Made by a program: the position numbers and the translations under genes. The notes beneath the pieces are model-generated. The model ran no database searches. It saw nothing but the letters and a program-made list of their open reading frames with translations, and had not been told where the DNA came from. A DNA stretch of 64,000 nucleotides, taken from contig OX597816.1 of the NCBI GenBank assembly GCA_951406725.2, positions 33,046,001 through 33,110,000 on the forward strand. Reading direction: 5' to 3'. Origin of the DNA: Octopus vulgaris. Lineage: Eukaryota. Below, piece after piece: positions 54,878 to 64,000 of this stretch (positions are counted from its first letter, which is position 1; every line of letters starts with the position of its first letter).

Positions 54878-55447
54878 TATAGATATATATATGTATATGT
54901 ATATATGCATGTATACGTAATATAGTTATGTATGTATACATAAATATAGTTATATATGTATATATATATATAGGTATATATACATATATACATATATATA
55001 AATATATATTTCTCTCTCTCTTTCTTTCTCTCTCTCCATCTCTCTCTTTCTTTCTCTCCCTCTCTCTCTGTATTTCTCTCTCTCTCCCTCTCTGTGTATA
55101 ATATATATATATATATGTACATAGATGCATTCTTGCATACATATGTACATACACACCTGCGCATTTACTTATGTGTGTGTATGTGTGTGCGTGTGTGTGT
55201 ACGTGCGTGAGTGTGTATGTGCGTGTGTGTGTACGTGCGTGCGTGTGTGTGTACGTGCGTGCGTGTGTGTGTGTGTCTATGTATGTGGAGAATTGCAAAG
55301 TGATATAAACGAACATCAACTGAACAAAATATTTAGTACACATTACAGAAATAATGAGATTGACCGTGTCTTTAATTTCCAGATGTTCCGAGTTTGTTTG
55401 AATCTATAATTACTACATTTACTACATACATACACTCACACACACAA

Positions 55448-55495
<48 letters not shown>

Positions 55496-55538
55496 CAGCA
55501 GTAGTAGCAGTAGTAGCAGCAGTAGTAGCAGCAGCAGC

Positions 55539-55585
<47 letters not shown>
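55448..55585. repeat. (TAG/CAG)n microsatellite
   Basis: Directly visible. Confidence 0.96.
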
Positions 55586-55586
<1 letters not shown>

Positions 55587-56589
55587 TTAGCGAATACTGA
55601 CATTCCCAAGAACAGAGGGTCAGTATGTAGGATCCTCTATAGCAGCGGGTTTTTAAAAACTTTATTCCAATGCCTTGTACCACATGACCATAATATATGT
55701 GAATTGAGGATTTTTCTACTCTCTTTCTTTTTTGCCATGAATAAGTTTCCATAACAACAAATGATATAATGTCCTATCTTTTCTTCTCTAATATGGATTT
55801 TAAAAAATTAAGTCTTCCTTAACGCAAAGGAACATTTGGGGCATGTATTTATGTTTACATTGGAGGTTTCTCAGTATTGCCTCAATGTGTTTCTTTTCTC
55901 TGCCACAAAGCGAGGATAAGATTCAAAAATCAAGATCATATCTCTACTGTTTGTGATACACATTTATTCGCATTTGTTGCTTTTCCAAATTCATGTCATT
56001 GGCTTTATTGAGTTATTTTTCGTGCACATTCGTTTCCGACACACAGAAACACACACACACACACACACACATACATATCATAAGCGCGGGTCTTATGAAT
56101 CTGGAGGCATGTGTGGATTGCGTGGGTGGTATAGTTGTCCATAGGTTAAGATGCTGCACGTAAAAACGGGGTTTCAGTTTTAAGACAGGCGGTGCGTTGT
56201 GCTCGTGAGAAAATATTTCATTTTACCTTGCACCGCTCCAGATGGCTAAAACGGGTAAATCTACGACGAGAGAATGCGCATTGTGTCCATTAGTGTATGA
56301 TAGAGTTTGATAGTCCGATTGACACAGTGATACAACTTTTTATACGTGTGTTTCTTCAATGTGGTGGTAAAATAGGTGCTGATTTCGCTTGAATATTTGG
56401 TAACCTAGTAATTCTTCCAAGCTAAATACATAGACAGACATCAACAAATGTATAGAACAATATATTAAGAATCCAATCAAATGCCTTTTAAATAGTTTGA
56501 CAAAAACAATATTACCATTACTGAGAAACAGACAGAGTAGTGGCTGAGGAGAAATGAATGAATGCAGTCTCTCGTAAAATGCTAAGGAT

Positions 56590-56810
56590 GTCTCTACCTA
56601 CACAGACATCTCCTGAGATTAATATGAGGATGACAATGTATGAGGTTCCAATGAAAAGCATAGATATGTAGGGGAAGAAGATAAAATACTTATAATGGTG
56701 ATTTGGTATCCCTTCGAGTTTCTCTTCAGGAGATATATGCATAAGATTTGAACAGCTCTAAATTCCTGTTGTCCGTAATGGAGGAAATTCCAGGTCGCAA
56801 ATTCTTGAGT
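56590..56810 (+). mobile_element. HERO-like LINE fragment (post-RT region)
   Basis: MYEVPMKSIDM...KYL*W*FGIPSSFSS...QL*IP resembles YEVxxSxVE...LRxWLGxPxSxSS...LQLP. Confidence 0.5.
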
Positions 56811-56839
56811 TGTACTGGAACACCCAAGTGAAGCATACC

Positions 56840-57545
56840 TTTTCTCTACCCATCCATTAATACAGCCCTATCATATCACCCCTAGCCCCATAACTTACAC
56901 TTATACACTCGTTACCTTCTCACCTCTTCCTAACCATCCTCCCCTCACATTATCTTCACCACCAACTATCACCCCTTTTCTCGCCTCTGTAACCCTTTCT
57001 TAATTTGTTCACTCTTTTCACTTTTTTCTTCTCGCTCCCTCTTATTTTCTCTCTTTTTTTTATTAACATTACACTTTTTACCTTTTTCTTTTCTCTCTGC
57101 TTGTTCCTTTCATTGTTCCTTCCTCTCTTCATTTTGACCTATCTCATTCTAATCAAACACATCCATCCCTCCCGTCTATCCATAGGTACTACCAATGCAT
57201 TCTCAAATCTTCATTCTCTCCACAAAACCCCTTCAAATGGGCAACTACGGAATCCACGGCTCCATAATTTGAAATGGAACCTTTTTTATCACTTCTATTC
57301 ACCACTTTATTCGAATAATAGAACTGAACCTATAATATTTTATGTTATTTCTAATTTCATTCTATTATTTCCCTCTATTTTCCTTATCTCCTCTTTTTCC
57401 ATTTACCTGTCACATCGTCTTCATGAAGGGATATCCATAATAGTCCAGAAACAGCTGTAAGGCTATATCTCTTTCCTTATATCCTGAAGACTCTTCAAAG
57501 CCTTGATTTTGTTATCTGTTTTTGTCTCATCTATATATCTAAATG
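56840..57545 (+). mobile_element. Probable Penelope-like 3' region with decayed hammerhead
   Basis: Pyrimidine-rich tract followed by GTCT-TCATGA-...-GAAA-CAGCTG-TA-AGGC at 57417-57463. Confidence 0.5.
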
Positions 57546-57706
57546 TGTATATAGGTATATTTAATTACATGTATGCATGTACACGCACACACACAAACAC
57601 AAACACACATAAACACATATAGATACATGGCCCATGCGTATGTGTAAATAGTTTAATCGTATATGTCATATAATGGTGAATTATACTCAAATTTCCAACA
57701 ATCATA

Positions 57707-58122
57707 GGCGCAGAAGTGGATCTGTAGAAAGTAGCTTGCTTACTAACCACATGGCCCTGGGTTCAGTCCCACTGCGTGGCAGCTGGGGCAAGTGTCTTCT
57801 ACAATAGCCTCGGGTCGACCAAAGCCTTGTGAGTGGATTTGGTAGACGAAACTGAAGAAAGCCCGTCGTATATATGTATATGTGTGTGTGTGTGCGTGCG
57901 TGTGTGTGTGTGTGTATGTCTGTGTTTTTCCCCCCCAACATCGCTTGACAACCGATGCTGATGTGTTTACATTCTCGTAACTTAGCGGTTCGGCAAGAGA
58001 GACCGATAGAATAAGTACTAAGTTTGCAAAAAATAAGTCCTGGGTCGATTTGCTCGACTTAAAGGCGATGCTCCAGTATGGCAGCTGTCAAATGACTGAA
58101 ACAAGTAAAAGAATAAAAGAGT
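57707..58122 (+). mobile_element. CORE-type tRNA SINE (family A)
   Basis: Full-length match; AATCATAGG is present at both flanks. Confidence 0.92.
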
Positions 58123-59954
58123 AATCTTAATCATAGGAATCCTTAAAAATATTTCCAGCACGCTTTAACAACATTCTTAAATTTGGAATAGTATTGCATC
58201 AGAGTGCAGGTTGTCCGACGAAACTCTTTAGCACGCCATAGTACACATTACCACTTTGTAGTACACTGACCAACTAAAACTAAACAAAACGTTCACACAG
58301 CATTTTGTGCGATTTAAATGTCTATTCCTGATATAATTGTTTTATACATACAGCGAAATAAAAAACCCATTCAAACATAAGTCGAAACATATGTTGAAAT
58401 ATACACACCCTATATGTCTAAAATATGCAGGTTTCTGTACCTATGAGTATAAAATATTATAAATATCTTTTATTGATTGTATTTGACATCAAATAGAATT
58501 ACGTCAAGAATCGTTGAAGTTGTCAAATTCCCACAATGTGGGAAAAATAAGAATAAAAAATGCTCGTATACGTATTTACACACAAACACACGCTTGCACG
58601 CGCACGCGCACACACGCACACGCATGCACGTACAGACACACACAAGCACATATATATATATACATACACTCAGAAATTGAACTTATGTGCAGGTTTAGGA
58701 AAATACATGTGCATAAGTACAAATATATATATATGCAAATGTACGTATATATATATAGATGCATGTATATATATATATATATATGTATATATAAATACAA
58801 ATATAATATATATATGTGTGTGTGTGTGTATTTATACATATATGCTAGTGTATACGCCTACATATAAGTACATACTCATACACACACATACACACATATA
58901 TGTGTATATATGTATATATATGTACATGCGTACCTGTGTGTGGCAGGGTGAACATTCAGAAGCGTGTGTGCGCGATCGCTTGTTTATTCTATTCTTCGCC
59001 ATTGTGAGATTTTTGACAACTTCAATGATACTTAATATATTTCTATTTGATGTTAAATAGAATCAATGAAGAATATTTATAACATCTATACACATAGACA
59101 CATCAACGTGTACGCGCAATCATATAGTCACATGCACATATGAATATATATATATAGAGAGAGAGAGACATGATTAGATAGAGAAAGAGAGAGAGGGAGA
59201 GAGACTGAGAGAGAGATGGATGGATAGATAGATAGATATGCGTGTATGTATGCAAGTATGTATTTTATATTACAGCACATACACAATGGAAGTTACTCTT
59301 GCGAAATTCAGTAAAGCAGAATAACAATAAACTATAACTAGATAACCAAAGACAGGAAATGAAAAATCAAGAAAGCGATGAGGAAGAAGAATAAGAACAA
59401 GCGAGGTAGGGGAAAGAATGTTGTTCTGAATGAGGACAGAATTTTATCAATATGTGTTGATTGAACAAATCAATATAGTCTCACATGTGATCTGTTTTAT
59501 GTCAAGCGAACAACAATCTCATTCACAATACACAACTGAGTATCCAGCAAAGAGTATTTGGAAATTTGTCATATTATCTCCGCATACTTCTTTTTTCTCT
59601 CCTTTCTCCTCCTTCTTTTTCGTTTCCTTAATTCCCAGCCTTATTTTTATCATTATCATCGCCTTTGTTACTATTTCATATAGAAAACTATGGTACAGTT
59701 GTAGGTTGAAAATTAACGTTGGTTACGTGAAGTGAATATTTACATCCGTTGGTGAAAAGGAAGTGTTTTTAATATTGAAAGTTTGCCCGCCTGAATACAT
59801 TGTATTTATCATGTTTCATTTCATTACTCGGAGGATCAGCTGTCAAGCATTCATGATTGTTAAACCTACTTAGCCAAAGGTAAATATCGAGAAACACAGT
59901 AATCTTAGCGCCAGTAATCGAAAGGAAATATAGTAATATTAAAAATAAACAAAC

Positions 59955-60106
59955 AACCATATGATATCCGGGTCATTCACACTGCGTGGCACCAGACTCA
60001 AGTGTCTTCTTCAATAGCCTCGGGCTGACCAAAGCGTTGTGAATATATTTGGTAGACGGAAACTGAAAGAAGCATTGTGTTTGTGTGTTTGTGTGTGTAT
60101 GTGTGT

Positions 60107-60148
<42 letters not shown>

Positions 60149-60155
60149 GTGTGTG
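59955..60155 (+). mobile_element. Family A SINE, 5' half ending in (TG)n
   Basis: CACTGCGTGGCACC...AGTGTCTTCT...GGTAGACGGAAACTGAAAGAAGC. Confidence 0.8.
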
Positions 60156-60814
60156 AAATAATTAACAGGGATAAAAGAAATCCAGAGAGATATGTAGAAA
60201 GCATTCTGAGTTAAACGAATTTGGTAGACTATATCCAACAATGAGATACCAATAAATGCCCATAGAATAAACATCCGAAGCAATTCCTCATGAATGACAA
60301 GTAAATCCATAAATCCATATTTAAAAGATCTTCAAGAGAGTTGGAGTGTCAGACAATATTAAGAATATATATAACGATAGAAAAGAACGGAGAAAACAGT
60401 ATCCAGAGCACTACCACAACTTCCACCACCACGGAGAAAATTTATGTTACCTTAGTACAAATCTCGTGCTAGCTTTGTAATAAGCGATTTGTTTTCAGTG
60501 CCTTGGATTTTGTTGTTGGATGTTTTTACAATTCTTTTAAATTTAGAATATTCTTATTAATACATATATATGTGCATGTATACACAGACAAATATACATA
60601 CATACATACACACATATATCTGTATATATGTATCTATGTATCTATTTCAAGAGAATTGGAGTGTCAGACAATATTAAGAATATGTTTTTAAAATTCTTTT
60701 AAATTTAGAATCTTCTTATTAATACATATATATATATGTGCATGTATACACAGACACATATACATACATACATACACACATATATCTGTATATATGTATA
60801 TATGTATCTATCTA

Positions 60815-62090
60815 TGTATTGTTGGCAATAACTCGTATCCGAGTAGTTAATCTGTAGATAGTTATTAAGCCCTTTATCCTGATGGGTGCGGAGGATTCAT
60901 TGCCCGAGGTTGCTGTTAAGGCCAAAGGCAGTTTCAAGGAGCAGGAGGCATATATCGTAGTGAAGTTTGACGGGGAGCGAGGGAGTGCGAGTTGTTCTAT
61001 GTGTCTTTGACGAGTGATCTCTGCATGTTGACTTCTGTTATTTTCCATCTGGACCATTCCCTTGATGATGACATGCCGCCATATTGAGCGGCCCTTGGTG
61101 GTTGTCTCCTAAGTATTTGGGTCAGTGAAGCAACAAAGAAGACTGGTCTTGAGCTCGCAAAGGAATTTTGGGGCTTCGCATGATCTGTTGTCTAAAGCCA
61201 GCTCCACAAAGGTTATTGATGGAGGAGGTGTGTTGAGGCACCTGTGAAGTGTACTGACTAGTGGAGGCGGTGCCGTGTTACAGTAGCTTCGACGTTGGGC
61301 AGCCCGGTCTGGAGCAGAAAATCTGCATTTGTAATACAGTCTTCCATCGAATTCTCGTGATTACGAGAATGTGTGCTATTGGAAAATTTCGATTTTCTTC
61401 AAGTCACGTCGAAAGACCATCTACGGCTCACACCCATAAAAGGCGAAGACTAAGAATATCACGGTTTTCGATTGGATGGCAAGGTTGTGTTTTAAGAAGA
61501 CGCATTTCCGGAATCATTATGTGCTACGCTGATCCTATTCTCGATGCATCAATGGTGCAATTGCTGGAGAGGTAGCTTCCGAAGTATGGGAAAGCTACCA
61601 CGGTTTTCAGGATAATCACACTTGGCCTTAATTTTCCAGGAGAGTGCCACGTAGCCTTATGACAATGATGTCGGGGGAGTTTCGCCAAGGTCTCCCTGTG
61701 CAAGGATCATCGTCATCATTACGTTTTTGGTCAAACTAAAGTGAGTATACAACTTGTCGAAGAGTTTCGCAGCCCCTTGAAGATCGAAAACTGAGTAAGT
61801 GCGCGAGAATGACATTGTTATCAGTGTACTGCAGGTTATGAGAAAGTGCAGCTCGAACGGAATGCTTCGCTTTGGCTAATGCGCAGAAAGTGAGCTGGGG
61901 GTTGCTAAGCTCCTCTTCCATCTTTCCAAACAGCACAAGACCACATCGAGGCATCCGTAATCAACGCACTGACACATCCTGGACTGTGTACTCACCAGAT
62001 TCTATGACAAGAGCGACGTACCCCTGACCTGCAGCCTTCCCGACGCGATGAATGTTGGACAGATCATCGACTACTCATTTCCTAACTCAA
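60815..62090 (-). mobile_element. RTE-clade LINE remnant (RT C-terminal half to 3' end)
   Basis: HNLQYTDNNVILAH (cf. ELQYADDxxLxAH), LKTVVAFPYFGSYLSSNCTID and TRIRWK; GC content visibly higher than the flanks. Confidence 0.8.
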
Positions 62091-62167
62091 ACTACGTTGC
62101 TAAACCTATTCTACCTCAATAAATCTGCAAAGAGGGAAGGGATTTTTATGTACATATAATAAATAAA

Positions 62168-62198
<31 letters not shown>

Positions 62199-62202
<4 letters not shown>

Positions 62203-62572
62203 CTGTGAGGTAAGTAATTTGCTTGCCAACCATATAGTTCCGGGTTCAGTCCCTCTGCGGGGTACTTTCGGCAAGTGTCTTCTACTATAGCCTCGTGTCA
62301 ACCAAAGCCTTCTGAGTGGATTTAGTAGACGGAAACTAAAAGACGCCTCTCGTGTGTGTGTATGTGTGTGTCTGTGTTTCTCGCCTTCTGCCATTCTCGC
62401 TTGACAACTGATGTTGGTGCGTTTACATCCCCGTAACTTAGCGATTTGGCAAAAGACTGATAGAATAAGTACTAGGCTTACAAAAAATTAAGTCCTGGGG
62501 GGTCGATTTGTTCGACTAAAGCCGGTGCTCCAGCATGGTCACAGTCAACTGACTGAAACAAATAAAAGAATA
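62199..62572 (+). mobile_element. CORE-type tRNA SINE (family A)
   Basis: Near-full-length match. Confidence 0.92.
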
Positions 62573-62879
62573 ATATAATATATAAGCACAATGAAATTAA
62601 AACAGCCATCCATGTATCATACTAAAAGTAAATACACTTTAAAACATCTCAAACTGTTGAATTTTCTGAGATGCAAGCCCTTGATAAACATGTGTTAAAA
62701 AGTGGCTCATGAGAATAATAGACGCTCTGACAAGCGTCAGAAAGTGGCATTTCGATCTTTGTTCCAACTCTTACATTCTCTTTTCAAACTTTGACCCGGT
62801 CAACGTTGCATTTTGTCCCTCCGCGTTCGATGAATTACAGTTGGTCTACTACGATCGATTACATCATCTGAAGACTTTC

Positions 62880-63075
62880 ACCCAGCAAGCTGGCACAATT
62901 GTTAGCATATCGAACAAAATGCCTAGTGGGTCTCTTCTAGGTTTTTTTAAAATTCTGTGTTCAAAAACAGCTGCGGTCAGTCTTGCTGTTCATCCGTTCG
63001 AGGTCGATGAAATAAGGTATCAGTCAAGAACTGGTGGCGGAGAGGGATGATGTAGCTGACTGGCTCCCTTCACTC
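62880..63075 (+). mobile_element. SINE family C, diverged
   Basis: AGCTGGCACAATTGTTAGCA...TTCATCCGTTCGAGGTCGATGAAATAAG. Confidence 0.7.
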
Positions 63076-63096
63076 GAACTTACTGCCTTGTGACAG

Positions 63097-63490
63097 CTCT
63101 CTTCTTTTACTCTTTTACTTGTTTCAGTCATTTGACTGCGGCCATGCTGGAGCACCGCCTTTAGTCGACCAAATCGACCCCGGGACTTATTCTTTGTAAG
63201 CCCAGTACTTATTCTATCGGTCTCTTTTGCCGAACCGCTAAGTGACGGGGACGTAAACACACCAGCATCGGTTGTCAAGCAATGCTAGGGGGACAAACAT
63301 AGACACACAAACACACACACATATATATATACATATATACGACAGGCTTCGTTCAGTTTCCGTCTACCAAATCCACTCACAAGGCCCGGGGCTATAGCAG
63401 AAGACACTTGCCCAAGATGCCACGCAGTGGGACTGAACCCAGAATCATGTGGTTGGTAAGCAAGCTACTTACCACACAGCCACTCCTGCG
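63097..63490 (-). mobile_element. CORE-type tRNA SINE (family A), young copy
   Basis: Near identical to 30947-31357. Confidence 0.94.
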
Positions 63491-63777
63491 GATGAGAAAA
63501 AATTATTATTATTATTAACGTCAGTAAGCACTTTTAAATTTTAATCGTTTTACAATTCGACTCTAGCTGTTTCAAGCACAGCATTCGCCACTTAGTATTT
63601 ATAAAATATTATTCTTTTCATTTCTATATTTTGTGTTATCTTCAAATATGGCAACTGTACTAGGCGTGTAACAAAATATAATTGCATGAACATCTAAAAT
63701 AAACCAGTTTAAAGAATTCCCTAGAGATTACAGGATAGATTTGATAGGAAAATTGCAGAAGGCAACTAAAAGATGAA

Positions 63778-63811
<34 letters not shown>

Positions 63812-63814
63812 TTA

Positions 63815-63857
<43 letters not shown>

Positions 63858-63926
63858 TTAAATAATAATAATAATAATGATGATGATGATGGGGATGATG
63901 ATGATGATCGTGATGATCGTGATGAT

Positions 63927-63964
<38 letters not shown>
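63778..63964. repeat. Compound (AAT)n/(GAT)n/(TAG)n microsatellite
   Basis: Directly visible. Confidence 0.96.
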
Positions 63965-64000
63965 AGTTGTATTTTTAAGGCAAAATATGATTATAAAAGA

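Noticed and set aside
60160-60310. Possible further hammerhead on the minus strand (TTCATGAGG...CCAAATTCG)
   Set aside because: Both core boxes and the stems are damaged, so it is not distinguishable from chance.

Overview
AT-rich, microsatellite-saturated eukaryotic DNA, intergenic or intronic. The SINE and LINE repertoire resembles an octopod cephalopod genome, but that is pattern recognition, not a database result. No intact protein-coding gene, tRNA, rRNA or CRISPR array is supported, and almost all ORFs in the supplied track are simple-repeat or SINE artefacts. The window contains: several tRNA-derived SINE families; two Helitron derivatives; decayed hAT and mariner transposases; a TA-flanked pogo/Tc2-like MITE; a nest of R4/Dong-type restriction-like-endonuclease (RLE) LINE fragments in trinucleotide repeats (about 25.7-34.9 kb); Tx1/L1-, RTE- and HERO-like remnants; a 712-bp tandem duplication; and a 100-N gap. 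The most interesting signal is RNA-structural. About nine minimal type I hammerhead ribozyme or hammerhead-like motifs of the Penelope-like-element (PLE) kind occur in several small repeat families. One family joins a Pol III tRNA-like head, an (AAT)n spacer and a hammerhead-bearing tail (13424-13756; second copy 7900-8070), making it a candidate ribozyme-carrying SINE or retrozyme. Element boundaries were read by eye and are approximate, about +/-10-30 bp unless termini are stated.
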